From Paludibacter sp. (GTDB taxonomy: Bacteria; Bacteroidota; Bacteroidia; Bacteroidales; Paludibacteraceae), in NCBI GenBank assembly GCA_030653695.1, contig JAURYY010000080.1, positions 1 to 47,571 of the forward strand: a DNA stretch of 47,571 nt. The letters are read 5' to 3'. Made by a program: the position numbers and the translations under genes. The notes below the pieces were generated by a model. That model searched no databases and had not been told where the DNA came from. It saw nothing but the letters and a program-made list of their open reading frames with translations. Within the stretch, counting starts at the first letter, position 1. Each line of letters begins with the position of its first letter. Positions 1 through 10,040 of this stretch are shown in pieces.

Positions 1-214
1 AACTAAAAGTTTGCAAAACATTGTCAGTTCGCCCGAAATTGAGAGAATGCTCAAAAAGTGGAGGGGAACCACCGAAGCGGTTATATCCAACCTCAAAAGA
101 GGATTCGACCTGCAAAGAGTATTATGGGAAGGGTTTGAGAAATTTTGTTCAAAGGTTTCTTGGAGTGTATTGGGATACAATCTCCGAGTCATGGTGAACA
201 GGATGTTGGAATAA
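1..214 (+). mobile_element. C-terminal fragment of a DDE transposase (IS5/ISNCY-like), cut by the window edge
   Basis: Translation KWRGTTEAVISNLKRGFDLQRVLWEG...WSVLGYNL matches the R-x3-E-x2-IS-x-LKR and terminal YNL motifs of DDE transposases. A possible right end lies near 423-439. Confidence 0.7.
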
Positions 215-724
215 GCAAAACCGCTTCCAAAGCCTTATAATAAAACAAATAATGGGATTGGTGTGTCAAGACGTCAAAGAACTTAGTGAAATTATATTAA
301 TAAATGTATATTATTGTAATTTACCATGCATAGGTATGTTCAAAGCTACAAAAAGTGAAATCTAAAAAGGAAAAATTTTCCAAAAAAATCTGTTTTTAAT
401 AATCGAGCAAAAAATATGGGACTTTATAAACAAACTCTAATTACTGTTTTATGGGGAAACAAGATATTTGATGATAACATGTTTCTTGTCAGATTAACAG
501 TTTTTATTCTTTTTATTATCTTGCTTATTATCAAACGGTTTTACAGAAAATTAATTAAATTACCAAAGACAGAAATACAACAAAGTAACACAACAAACAC
601 ATAGCCCCTAACACATAGTCCCTATGTTTGTAAAATAATAAGATAAATGCAATAAAAATTGCATAAGTCACAAGCGTATTATAATTTTGAGGAATCAAAC
701 TTAAAACATAAAAATCAATGACTT

Positions 725-1102
725 ATGCAAACGCAAAGCAAAGCATTAAATTTTGAAGGACAAAATATCTATATTGGAATAGATGTTCATTTGAAGGGTT
801 GGAATGTGTCGATTTTCACAGAGCATCTACATCACAAGACCTTTAATCAGGTGCCTAAAGCGGAATCGTTATCAACTTATTTAAAGTTAAATTTCCCGAA
901 TGCGATTTACCATTCGGTATTCGAAGCGGGTTTTAGCGGATTAAATGCACACTATGGGTTTACAAATCCGGGCATAAACAATATTGTGATCAACCCTGCA
1001 GATGTGCCAACATCAGACAAGGAGCGAAGACGAAAAACGGATAAATTTGACAGCAGATTCTGTCATTCAGAGCGAAGCGATACCGATAACTATCGGCACT
1101 AA
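725..1102 (+). pseudogene. Truncated IS110-family transposase (N-terminal DEDD/RuvC-like domain only)
   Basis: Motifs YIGIDVH, FEAGFSG, VINPADVP and RKTDKFDS are present. Similarity stops at about 1057, where repeat sequence begins, and the C-terminal domain is absent. Confidence 0.85.
1061..1097. repeat. REP-like fragment TGTCATTCAGAGCGAAGCGA followed by a palindrome variant CCGATAACTATCGG (1083-1096)
   Basis: Read directly. The palindrome is one mismatch from CCGATAGCTATCGG. Confidence 0.7.
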
Positions 1103-1133
1103 TATTTTTTACCGGACAGCAATAATTTTTTTG

Positions 1134-1141
1134 TAAGTTTG
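1134..1141 (+). promoter_or_regulatory. Bacteroidota -7 promoter element (TAAGTTTG)
   Basis: Matches TAnnTTTG, 22 nt upstream of the ATG at 1164. Confidence 0.55.
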
Positions 1142-1163
1142 CAACGCATTAACAAGAAGCAAT

Positions 1164-1637
1164 ATGGATATCATACTGATTATTATTTCTGGATTTTTTT
1201 TAATTGTAGGATTTATTGGATGCGTTTTACCCATCATACCGGGTTTGCCATTGAGTTATTTGGGTATTATTTTTTTACATTTAACTGATAGAATTCAGTT
1301 TTCAACCCATTTTCTACTATTATGGGGTTTTATAGTAGTGATGATACAATTATTGGATTTTGTAATTCCGATTTGGGGAACAAAAAAGTTTGGTGGTAGC
1401 CGGAAAGGAGTTTGGGGAAGCACGTTGGGGTTGATTGTCGGGTTGTTTTTCGGACCGTGGGGTATTATTCTTGGACCGTTTGCGGGTGCTTTTCTGGGTG
1501 AATTGATGGCTGATAAAACACATAAAAACGCCGTTAAAGCTGCTTTTGGTTCTTTTGTCGGAATACTTTTCGGCACAATTGCAAAATTGATTGTAGCCGG
1601 ATTTCTACTGTATTATTATGTTACAGCATTTATTTAA
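1164..1637 (+). CDS. DUF456 (YqgC-like) membrane protein
   Basis: Hydrophobic 157-aa protein with GCVLPIIPG, KKFGGS..G.WG and GPF.GA.LGE motifs. Confidence 0.85.
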   Translation: MDIILIIISGFFLIVGFIGCVLPIIPGLPLSYLGIIFLHLTDRIQFSTHFLLLWGFIVVMIQLLDFVIPIWGTKKFGGSRKGVWGSTLGLIVGLFFGPWGIILGPFAGAFLGELMADKTHKNAVKAAFGSFVGILFGTIAKLIVAGFLLYYYVTAFI

Positions 1638-1643
1638 AAACAG

Positions 1644-1685
1644 ATAAAGAGGCAGTTTCAAAAAAAAGTTGAAAAGCCTCTTTAT
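1644..1685. terminator. Hairpin between convergent genes, probable terminator
   Basis: Inverted repeat ATAAAGAGGC...GCCTCTTTAT. Confidence 0.6.
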
Positions 1686-1763
1686 AGTTTAATGAGTAAT
1701 GAAAAACAATTATTATCACGTTCATTAGATGAAAATTGCTTGTATGTCAAGGCTTTGCTAAAT

Positions 1764-1789
1764 ATGCTCCTGATAGCTATCGGGAGCAT
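1764..1789. repeat. Palindromic micro-repeat copy (TCCTGATAGCTATCGGGA, 1768-1785) with the stem extended by ATGC/GCAT
   Basis: Read directly; one mismatch from the 18-bp consensus. Confidence 0.9.
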
Positions 1790-1819
1790 TAATAATTATG
1801 AATTTCTTAACTCTATTCT

Positions 1820-3178
1820 TTACGCCAGACTTTCTAAAATATCTTCCATCGTAGCCAACTTTTGTTCTCCTGTTTTCATGTTTTTCAACATTACTTTCCC
1901 TGCATTCATTTCAGTTTCGCCTACAATTGCAGCAAACGGTATGCACTTGTTGTCGGCATAACTCATTTGTTTTTTCATTTTGGCGGGTTCGGGGTAAATT
2001 TCGGCGTTTATACCTTTACTTCGCAATGCGCTAAGCCATGGCAAGCAATACATTAGTTCCTTTTCGCCAAAGCTGACAAAAAGAATTTGTGTGTTCTCTA
2101 ATGTGTTTTCGGGATACAGATTCAGTTGGTTCAGCACATCGTAAATGCGGTCGGCTCCAAATGAGATACCAACACCCGAAACGCCCTCCATACCAAAAAC
2201 ACCCGTCAGGTTATCATACCTTCCGCCGCCGGTAATGCTTCCCATTTCAACGTCTATCGCTTTTACTTCGAAAATGGCTCCCGTGTAATAATTCAGTCCA
2301 CGTGCCAGCGTCAAATCCAGTTCTATTTTTGTTTCCACCTGCATAGTTTGGCACAAACCGAAAATAGTTTCGAGTTCCGATACGCCTTTCAAGCCAATTT
2401 CAGAATCGGCTAAAACCTTTTTCAGTTCAGTAAGTTTTTCGGCATTCGTTCCACTTAGTTGCAGTATGGGTTGCAGTTTGGCAATGGCTTCTTGCGATAT
2501 TCCCTTCGATGCGATTTCTTCGGTTACTTTTTCTAATCCGATTTTATCAATTTTATCAATAGCAACGGTTATATCGGTTATATTGTCTGATTCGCCGATG
2601 ATTTCAGCAATCCCCGATAGCATCTTTCGATTGTTGATTTTTATCACTACGTTAATTTTCAGCCGGCGAAATACTTCGTCAACAATCTGTATCAGTTCTA
2701 ATTCATTTAGCAACGAATCGCTTCCCACCACATCTACATCGCATTGGTAAAACTCACGGTAACGTCCGCGTTGTGGGCGGTCGGCACGCCATACGGGTTG
2801 AATCTGGTACCGTTTGAACGGGAATGAAATTTTATCGCGGTTTTGCACCACAAAACGGGCAAAAGGCACGGTTAAGTCGTAACGCAAGCCCTTTTCGGAG
2901 ATTTTGTTGATCAGTTTTGCGCTGTTGCGTTCAAGGAGTTCTTCGTCGGTCAGTCCGTTCATAAAATCGCCCGAATTGGTGATTTTGAAGAGTAGTTTAT
3001 CACCTTCTTCGCCGTATTTCCCCATCAGTGTCGATAGGTTTTCCATAGCCGGCGTTTCAATCTGCTGAAATCCGTACAGCCGAAAAACATCTTTAATCGT
3101 ACTGAAAATATAATTGCGATTGACCATTTCTTGTGGCGTAAAATCGCGTGTTCCTTTCGGAATGGAAGGTTTTTGCAT
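1820..3178 (-). CDS. hisS: Histidine--tRNA ligase
   Basis: Motifs [35 protein letters not shown] and GGGRYD. Confidence 0.98.
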   Translation of the reverse strand: MQKPSIPKGTRDFTPQEMVNRNYIFSTIKDVFRLYGFQQIETPAMENLSTLMGKYGEEGDKLLFKITNSGDFMNGLTDEELLERNSAKLINKISEKGLRYDLTVPFARFVVQNRDKISFPFKRYQIQPVWRADRPQRGRYREFYQCDVDVVGSDSLLNELELIQIVDEVFRRLKINVVIKINNRKMLSGIAEIIGESDNITDITVAIDKIDKIGLEKVTEEIASKGISQEAIAKLQPILQLSGTNAEKLTELKKVLADSEIGLKGVSELETIFGLCQTMQVETKIELDLTLARGLNYYTGAIFEVKAIDVEMGSITGGGRYDNLTGVFGMEGVSGVGISFGADRIYDVLNQLNLYPENTLENTQILFVSFGEKELMYCLPWLSALRSKGINAEIYPEPAKMKKQMSYADNKCIPFAAIVGETEMNAGKVMLKNMKTGEQKLATMEDILESLA

Positions 3179-3190
3179 AATAAGTTTTAT

Positions 3191-3235
3191 AATGTGCTAA
3201 CTTGCTAATGTGTCTCAATAGCTATCGGGAGTGCT
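3191..3235. repeat. Degenerate AATGTGCT octamer array containing a palindrome copy (TCTCAATAGCTATCGGGA, 3213-3230)
   Basis: Read directly in the waaA-hisS junction. Confidence 0.8.
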
Positions 3236-3249
3236 CATGGCTATTGATT

Positions 3250-4470
3250 TTATGAATGAATCAATTTTTCTAATATCAATTTCGTTGCTCCGGTATTTTT
3301 CTTTACATAATCGCCGGCTATTTTTCCGGCTTCAATGTTTTTAAGCAATTTATCTAATTCTTTTTCAAGATCTTCGCAGTTGCCGATTGAAAAGCCGCCA
3401 CCTTCGGCTATCAGTTCTCGGGCTTCGCGGAATTTACCGTAATTTGGACCGAAAACAACAGGGATATTCCACACGGCTGCTTCGAGTGTGTTGTGAATGC
3501 CTGCACCGAAACCGCCTCCAATGTAAGCTATATGGGCATATCGGTAAATCGATGAGAGTAATCCTATGGTGTCAACAATCATACAATCGGCTATTTGAGC
3601 GGTCAATATGTCGGCTTGTGTGTAGCGTACACAATTCATGTCCACCAACTTTGTAATTCCCAAAATATGCGCTTCGTGAATTTCGTGCGGAACAAGTATC
3701 AGCTTCACATCGGTATGCGCTTTCAGGTAACGAATCAGCAGCTCTTCGTCCTTGGGCCAGGTGCTGCCTGCAACGATCACTTTTTTTGCACCATGTACAA
3801 ATGCTTCAACCAACGGAATCGATTTTGCTTGCTTTGCCAGATCCGTTACGCGGTCGAAGCGGGTGTCGCCGGCAACCGAAGCATTTTTAAACCCATGTTT
3901 TTCAAGCAGTTTAACTGAATATTCATCCTGCAAAAAAATATGGCTGAACATTTTCAGTAAGTTTCGATACCAAGCTCCATACCATTTAAAAAACAGCTGT
4001 GACGGACGAAAAATGGACGAAATTGAATAAACCGGTACATTGGCGGTTTTCAACGCCAAAATATAATTCGGCCAGAATTCATATTTAATAAAAATAACTT
4101 TCGAAGGGTTAACTAATTTTACAAATTGCTTAGCTGCGTCTGGTGTGTCGATTGGTAAATATGAAATAATATCAGCTCCTGCATAATTTTTCCGAATTTC
4201 GTAACCCGATGGTGAGAAGAAAGTCAACAATATTTTAGTTTCCTGATTTGCCCTTTTCAATTGCTCCATAACCGGACGACCCTGTTCAAATTCGCCTAAC
4301 GAAGCCGCATGAAACCATATATAATGGGCGTTCGGATCAATTTTTTCTTTTAAAATAGCATAAGCTTCGGATTGTCCAACATGGAGTTTTCGGGCTTTGT
4401 CATTGAAAAAGGAAGCAATGAAAATGCCTAATTTGAAAAAATTTATGCCGATGTTATATAGTAAATTCAT
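3250..4470 (-). CDS. waaA: 3-deoxy-D-manno-octulosonic acid (Kdo) transferase
   Basis: Motifs WFHAASLGEFEQ, KYEFWPN, GDTRFD, VAGSTW and HNTLEAA. Confidence 0.95.
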   Translation of the reverse strand: MNLLYNIGINFFKLGIFIASFFNDKARKLHVGQSEAYAILKEKIDPNAHYIWFHAASLGEFEQGRPVMEQLKRANQETKILLTFFSPSGYEIRKNYAGADIISYLPIDTPDAAKQFVKLVNPSKVIFIKYEFWPNYILALKTANVPVYSISSIFRPSQLFFKWYGAWYRNLLKMFSHIFLQDEYSVKLLEKHGFKNASVAGDTRFDRVTDLAKQAKSIPLVEAFVHGAKKVIVAGSTWPKDEELLIRYLKAHTDVKLILVPHEIHEAHILGITKLVDMNCVRYTQADILTAQIADCMIVDTIGLLSSIYRYAHIAYIGGGFGAGIHNTLEAAVWNIPVVFGPNYGKFREARELIAEGGGFSIGNCEDLEKELDKLLKNIEAGKIAGDYVKKNTGATKLILEKLIHS

Positions 4471-4584
4471 AACCCCAAAAATGAAATTATATTACTCATT
4501 GTATGAAAAAACAGATGCCGATTCTTTGTTTTTTTGCCACTCAAAAAAACCATTTATTGTTGATGGTTGAAGTGGAATTTAATT

Positions 4585-4620
4585 AAAAAAGGCATTTCAA
4601 AATAGCTTTTGAAACGCCTT
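4585..4620 (-). terminator. Intrinsic terminator after rpsO
   Basis: Stem AAGGCATTTCAAAA/TTTTGAAACGCCTT with an A6 run that reads as a U-tract on the minus strand. Confidence 0.75.
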
Positions 4621-4643
4621 CTTTAAAGTTCTGAAAGCTAAAA

Positions 4644-4913
4644 TTACTTTCTCAGACCTAATTCTTTGATAATTGCACGGTAGCGCGAAATTTCGGTGTC
4701 TTTCAAATAATTGAGAAGACGACGACGTTTTCCTACCAAAATTACAAGAGCGCGTTCTGTACTATAATCTTTTTTGTTTGACTTGAGATGTTCAGTCAAA
4801 TGGTTGATACGGTATGAAAACAATGCAATCTGGGCTTCTGACGAGCCGGTATCAGTGTTAGACTTTCCGTATTTACCAAAGATTTCCTGCTTTTTTTCAG
4901 CTGTTAAATACAT
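4644..4913 (-). CDS. rpsO: 30S ribosomal protein S15
   Basis: 89 aa with [28 protein letters not shown] and ELGLRK. Confidence 0.99.
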   Translation of the reverse strand: MYLTAEKKQEIFGKYGKSNTDTGSSEAQIALFSYRINHLTEHLKSNKKDYSTERALVILVGKRRRLLNYLKDTEISRYRAIIKELGLRK

Positions 4914-5004
4914 GTTAAATAATTAAATAATTAATAATTCGTAATTCATAATTAAAGAGTTAGTGTTGATCTTTTATCAATTATAGTTCTTTAATTTGAG
5001 TTTG

Positions 5005-5012
5005 CAAAGATA
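5005..5012 (-). promoter_or_regulatory. -7 promoter element for rpsO (TATCTTTG on the minus strand)
   Basis: CAAAGATA on the plus strand; exact TAnnTTTG match. Confidence 0.6.
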
Positions 5013-5039
5013 GGTTTTTAATTTTGAATAATAAAACCT

Positions 5040-5684
5040 TCAACCTTTTTTTCTCAAAAAAACATCTCGTAACGAGCCCTCTGCCCATTTTATACGAATT
5101 TTATCAAAATAAAGTTTCCAAATAGATGTAATAGAAACGCCAATGAGTGAACCAACAAGCACATCGATGGCAAAATGTTGCGATAAATAAATGCGCGAAT
5201 ATCCGACCAATGCTGCCAAAACGAAATACAGAAAGTGGATTGAAGGTTTTTTTGTGTAAAATGTTAAAACCATAAAAAATGCAAAAGCGGTAATGGTATG
5301 CCCCGAAGGAAAGCTGTTAGCTGAATGCAAATGCTCGCCTGCAATACGGTGTAGCTCAATTGCAGGGAAATGTTCGCTGAAATACAAAAGCGGGCGGGGG
5401 GCGTTAAATATTTGTTTTAAAACCACTGAAAATATCCCGCTAATCAGCAAAGATGCGAGCATAAAAAGTGCCATTCGATATTTATAAAATAACAATCCTG
5501 CAATTACCACAAAAGGAATCCAATCGCCCACATAAGTATAATAACGAAAAAATCCATCCCCTAACAATGAATTGAATGATGTCATCCAAAGATGCAAATC
5601 TGCTTTCGAGTTGCACAATATCAGCACCGTAAAAATCAGTACAAATAGGAAATAAGGTAAAAAAAAAGTGCTGTATTGTTTCAT
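5040..5684 (-). CDS. PAP2-family membrane phosphatase
   Basis: Motifs K-x6-RP, SFPSGH and SRIYLSQH-x3-D. Confidence 0.92.
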   Translation of the reverse strand: MKQYSTFFLPYFLFVLIFTVLILCNSKADLHLWMTSFNSLLGDGFFRYYTYVGDWIPFVVIAGLLFYKYRMALFMLASLLISGIFSVVLKQIFNAPRPLLYFSEHFPAIELHRIAGEHLHSANSFPSGHTITAFAFFMVLTFYTKKPSIHFLYFVLAALVGYSRIYLSQHFAIDVLVGSLIGVSITSIWKLYFDKIRIKWAEGSLRDVFLRKKG

Positions 5685-6340
5685 TTTTTTATTGCTCTAA
5701 GTATTTCTCTTTTTCCGGGAGGTCCGGGCAAGCGTTCGACCACAAATCCGGCTTCCTGCATAGCTCGGCGTACGCTGCCTTTGGCACAGTAGGTTGTCAG
5801 AATTGCTTGGGGGTTACAATGTTTAAAAACTTTATAAAACTGTTTGTCTGTCCACATTTCAGCTTGTTTTTCGGGCGAAAAAGCATCAAAGAAAACAACA
5901 TCATATTTTTCTGTCAATGGATATTGTGTAAAATCAACATGCAGTTTGTCGAGACAAAAATACGGTAAAATCTGTGTTTTGCAATTCCATTCAGAAGAAT
6001 GTAACCGTATAAAAGCATTTTTCAACTCCGGTGAATACCCATCTTTAAAATTCAATTGCAACGCCTTCTCAATTTCCACGGGAAAGTATTCAAGTGTTGT
6101 GTAATGAACTGTTTTTTTGCTTTTATGAGCTTCAACCATTGTTAAAAAAGCATTTAACCCTGTTCCGAACCCAATTTCTAACACGCAGATTTCCTGTTTC
6201 AGACATTGTTTCAATCCTGCGTCGATAAATATATGTTGCGATTCCTGTTTGGCTCCGTTTGTCGAATGATAACATTCGTTCAACAAAGGAACAAACAGCG
6301 TATGTGAACCATCTGCGGTAATCAATAATTCGGTATTCAT
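5681..6340 (-). CDS. mnmD: tRNA (5-methylaminomethyl-2-thiouridine) methyltransferase, MnmC N-terminal-like
   Basis: Motifs TADGSHT, YHS.NGA, LEIGFGTGLN, FFDAFSP and PGPPGKRE. The ATG at 6340 is preferred over the TTG at 6349. Confidence 0.88.
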   Translation of the reverse strand: MNTELLITADGSHTLFVPLLNECYHSTNGAKQESQHIFIDAGLKQCLKQEICVLEIGFGTGLNAFLTMVEAHKSKKTVHYTTLEYFPVEIEKALQLNFKDGYSPELKNAFIRLHSSEWNCKTQILPYFCLDKLHVDFTQYPLTEKYDVVFFDAFSPEKQAEMWTDKQFYKVFKHCNPQAILTTYCAKGSVRRAMQEAGFVVERLPGPPGKREILRAIKK

Positions 6341-6396
6341 GTTTTGCAAAAAAAAAAAGTAGATTTTGCTCCGTTAAAACTGTATTCAGGGTATTT

Positions 6397-7335
6397 CTAA
6401 AGTTCCCAAATATTTTCATAAGTGTAAAATCCACCCTGCAAAACCACATAAAGTCCTTTTGAAATACGTTGTCCGCGGTCTAGTGTTTTAATTTTAATCA
6501 TGTCGTCAACATCTAATTTCACTTCGGTAGCTTTCAGATTTTCATGAATCCGGAGTTTGTTTACTGATTTGGGAATAACCGATGTCCCACGCTGAATACC
6601 CCAGGCGAGTATAACCTGAACTTCGGTACAATTATGCTTTTGAGCTATCTCAATAATAATTTTTTCGGACTGAATTCCCTGCTCTGTGTTGATTAAGTGC
6701 CGGCTGCCAAGCGGCGAATAGGCAGTAACTAATATTTTGTTTTTCAGGCAATACTCCACAAGTGCCGGCTGCTGAAAATACGGATGAAGTTCTATCTGGT
6801 TTACTTCTGGTTTAATTTGGGAATTGAGCATCAGATTTTCTAACTTGGGAATATTGAAATTCGAAACTCCAATATGTCTTGCAAGTCCGTTTTTCGCAAC
6901 TTGCTCCATGGCTTCCCATGTTTTTTCGAGCGGGATTTCGGTAAGAGAAGCCAGATCTGCGACTGTTTTTACCTGTTCGTGTTCGGTTTTGAATGCTACG
7001 GGCCAGTGCATTAGGTATAAATCGAGATAATCGAGTTGTAAATCGCACATTGATTTCCGAATGGCAATTTCAACGCGTGCAGCGGCGTGATCGCTGTTCC
7101 ACAGTTTCGAAGTGATAAACATATCTTCGCGCTTTACAAGTCCATTTGTAAATGCATCGGTGAGTGCATTACCGATTTCTTTTTCGTTTCCGTAAATATA
7201 AGCACAGTCAATATGGCGGTACCCGGCATTAATTGCATTAATCACAGCATGATACACTTCGCCTGGTTTCGATAGCCATGTGCCCAGACCGAACTTCGGA
7301 AAACTGTTACCGTTTTTGAAAAATAAATCATTCAT
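6397..7335 (-). CDS. Aldo/keto reductase
   Basis: Motifs GLGTW, GYRHIDCA..Y, FITSKLWN, LYLMHWP, IGVSNF and VIPKS. Confidence 0.95.
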   Translation of the reverse strand: MNDLFFKNGNSFPKFGLGTWLSKPGEVYHAVINAINAGYRHIDCAYIYGNEKEIGNALTDAFTNGLVKREDMFITSKLWNSDHAAARVEIAIRKSMCDLQLDYLDLYLMHWPVAFKTEHEQVKTVADLASLTEIPLEKTWEAMEQVAKNGLARHIGVSNFNIPKLENLMLNSQIKPEVNQIELHPYFQQPALVEYCLKNKILVTAYSPLGSRHLINTEQGIQSEKIIIEIAQKHNCTEVQVILAWGIQRGTSVIPKSVNKLRIHENLKATEVKLDVDDMIKIKTLDRGQRISKGLYVVLQGGFYTYENIWEL

Positions 7336-7408
7336 TATAATAATAGATTTGCGTAATTGTTATTTTCAAATCAGAATTTTGTAATTTTGTCAAAAATACA
7401 AAAAAAAC

Positions 7409-7717
7409 ATGGAATTCATTTATTCAAACAATTTAGCAGGACTAATGGTTGGAATGGCTACGTTTATTATTATAGGAATTTTTCATCCCATAGTGATTAA
7501 AGCAGAATATTATTTTGGTGTCAAATGCTGGTGGGTGTTTGCCTTAGTAGGTTGTGCAGGGCTTATTGCATCATTATTTTTTGCAAATGTTATAGTGTCG
7601 GTTATTTTTGCTGTTATTGGTTTTTCTTCGTTTTGGAGCATACTCGAGATTTTCGAACAAAAAAAAAGGGTAGAGAAGGGATGGTTTCCTTCAAACCCCA
7701 AGAGGAAGAAAATTTAG
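7409..7717 (+). CDS. DUF4491-family membrane protein
   Basis: Motifs IG.FHPIVIKAEY.FG and EQKKRVEKGWFP.NPKR. TAATTTTG lies upstream at 7382-7389. Confidence 0.85.
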   Translation: MEFIYSNNLAGLMVGMATFIIIGIFHPIVIKAEYYFGVKCWWVFALVGCAGLIASLFFANVIVSVIFAVIGFSSFWSILEIFEQKKRVEKGWFPSNPKRKKI

Positions 7718-7892
7718 TATCTTTTTTCAAAGAACGCACGAAAGTAAATTGGATATTTGTTTCTCGAAAATATGTTCTCGTATAGGTATTTATGAAAAAT
7801 AATTTTCATCGGAAAAATATTTCATTTGAAAAATAAGAACCCGATTAGAAACAGTTTTACTGTTTTATTCTATTAAAAAAAACAAAAAATAA

Positions 7893-9852
7893 TCTGAACG
7901 AATTTACCCTACATTTGATGCAAAATGGGACAACGGAAAAACTACGAACTGGGCTTTAGATAACGAACCCAAAACCTTTACGTCGAACGATTCGGTACTC
8001 TTCAACGATGATGCATTATGGAAATCGGTTCTGATAAATGAAAGTGTTTCCCCTTCTTCCATTTTAGTCGAAAATACAACACAATATACATTTAGTGGTA
8101 CCGGTTCGATCGATGGAACAGCCCGGATTACTAAAAATGGAACCGGAAAACTCATCATGTCAAATACAAATAAATATACAGGCAAAACAATCATCAACGA
8201 AGGAATCATTGAAGTTTCGACAATTACTAATGGCGGTGTAGCATCGCCCATTGGTGCATCGACCAATGCTTCTGAAAATCTTGAATTGAATGGTGGACAA
8301 TTAAATTACACAGGAGGATCGACGACAATTAACAGAGGAATTACCTTAGGTTCTAAAGGCGGCAGTATTTCTGTTGCAAATTCAGCAACAACGCTCACTA
8401 CTTCAGGAAGAGTTGCCGGAAATGGAAAATTGATCAAAGAAGGATTAGGACGTTTTTCGTTTTCAGGGGCTAACACTTATACAGGGGGAACTATTATCAG
8501 ATCGGGATCAATAGCATTGACAACCGATGTAGCTAACTCATCTGGATTAAGTGCTGATACCATAACATTACAAGGCGGTTCATTAGTTATGTTCGATAGT
8601 AGAACAACCACAAATACATCCACATGGAAACTGAATATTCCGGCGGGAAGTACAGGAACGCTTATAACTGATGGTAATTCAACTATTGCAGGTTTCATTC
8701 TTGGTGGAGGAACTTTAAATTATTTCACCAATTTCACAAGCAATGTTTTAAATTCGGATGTCTCTATGTTTGCAGGTACAATTAATGTAACTACCGATGC
8801 TGTTGGAGGCAGTTTCGGGCTTAATCATTCGAAAGGATGCGAAAATGTCAAAATTAATTTGAACAATTTGGTTACAATGCTGTATCGAACCACATCAAAT
8901 ATTACCATACCGGTGGGCGATCTCACAGGTTTCTCTAATTCGGGTTTAGGAGCTGGCGGAACAGGTCCGTGTACCATAACCTGGGAAATTGGTGCCCGCA
9001 ATGCCAATTCATCTTTTAACGGAAAAATAACAGATGCACAATTCAGCGGAACCGGTGCTGTGGCTGCTATCCGAAAAGTCGGGACAGGAATATGGACATT
9101 AAACAATAGCAATACTTACGGTGGCGGAACAACTATTATGAGTGGTACTTTGATGGTAAATAATGCAACAGGAAGTGGACTTGGAACCGGAGCAGTAAAC
9201 GTTTTAGCCGAAGGAACACTCTCAGGAACAGGTTCTGTTTCAGGAAGCGTAACAGTGAGTGAAGGTGGAGTTCTTTCGCCCGGAAACGGAATTGGAACTT
9301 TTACAATAAATAACAACGTTAATATTCAGCCGTCGGGAGTGTTTTTGGTCGAAATTGATAAAACCAATGTGAAAAATGACCAGTTAAACCTTACAGGAAC
9401 GCTTACCATAAACGGAAAACTCCAAATCACTTCGATCAACGACATTCCTTTTGCAGCAGGTGATTCATTTTAAAATAATTAATGGCACAGTAAATGGTAC
9501 TCCCTCCGAAATTGTTCCGAATATACCGGCTGTTGGACTCGAATGGGATTTGACCGAATTTGTTTCGGGAGGAGTTATGAGAGTGAAAACCGCTACGGGC
9601 TTCAATCCTTTGGAAGTTAATTCAAAGATTTTTCCGGTTCCTTGCCAAAACATATTGAATATTCAGCTCGGTAATGTTACCGGTGCAATGCAAATATCTG
9701 TTGTTAATTTATTGGGAGTTGTCGATATTTCGCAACAATTTGAAAATCAAAATCAAATTATTCTGAATGTAGAAATTCTGCCGAAAGGAATTTATATTTT
9801 GCAAATAAAAAACAATGACAAAACAGTAAGCTACAAATTTACTAAGGATTAA
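7893..9852 (+). pseudogene. 5'-truncated, frameshifted T9SS-secreted protein with autotransporter-associated beta-strand repeats
   Basis: Three K.G.G.(L/F/W).....N.Y.G.T.I repeats. The frame is open from 7893 with no ATG until 8157, which is mid-repeat. An extra T in TTTT (9468-9471) separates it from a T9SS type-A CTD (IFPVP...LPKGIYILQI...KFTKD, ending 9852). Confidence 0.8.
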
Positions 9853-9912
9853 GGATTTAAAATCTCAAATTAAACTTTCAATACAAATTTAGTGTTAAAT
9901 AAATTTCCTGCA

Positions 9913-10024
9913 TCTTGTCTTGATTCTTGACTCTTGTCCCGATAGACTTCGCCGATAGCTATCGGCGTGAGCTCAGTCGAACGCTCAGTCGAACGCTATC
10001 GGGATGGCTCTTGGCTCTAATATC
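9913..10024. repeat. Composite nested palindromic repeat in a TTGACTC-like heptamer array
   Basis: TCCCGATA-GACTTCG-CCGATAGCTATCGG-CGTGA-(GCTCAGTCGAAC)x2-GCTATCGGGA at 9937-10004. An inverted homologue lies at 45912-46003. Confidence 0.9.
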
Positions 10025-10040
10025 CAGTATTGTTACATTA

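Noticed and set aside
416-604. 62-aa ORF with a hydrophobic stretch
   Set aside because: It spans the probable IS end and AT-rich DNA with no recognisable motif. It could be a gene remnant, but I cannot support that.
1768-1785. The 18-bp palindrome as a simple intrinsic terminator or transcription-factor operator
   Set aside because: It has no U-tract, separate terminators exist nearby, it occurs between convergent genes, and it is nested in itself and in other repeats. A protein-binding role is not formally excluded.
1692-1961. 89-aa plus-strand ORF containing LIAIG
   Set aside because: It overlaps hisS antisense and reads through a palindrome copy.
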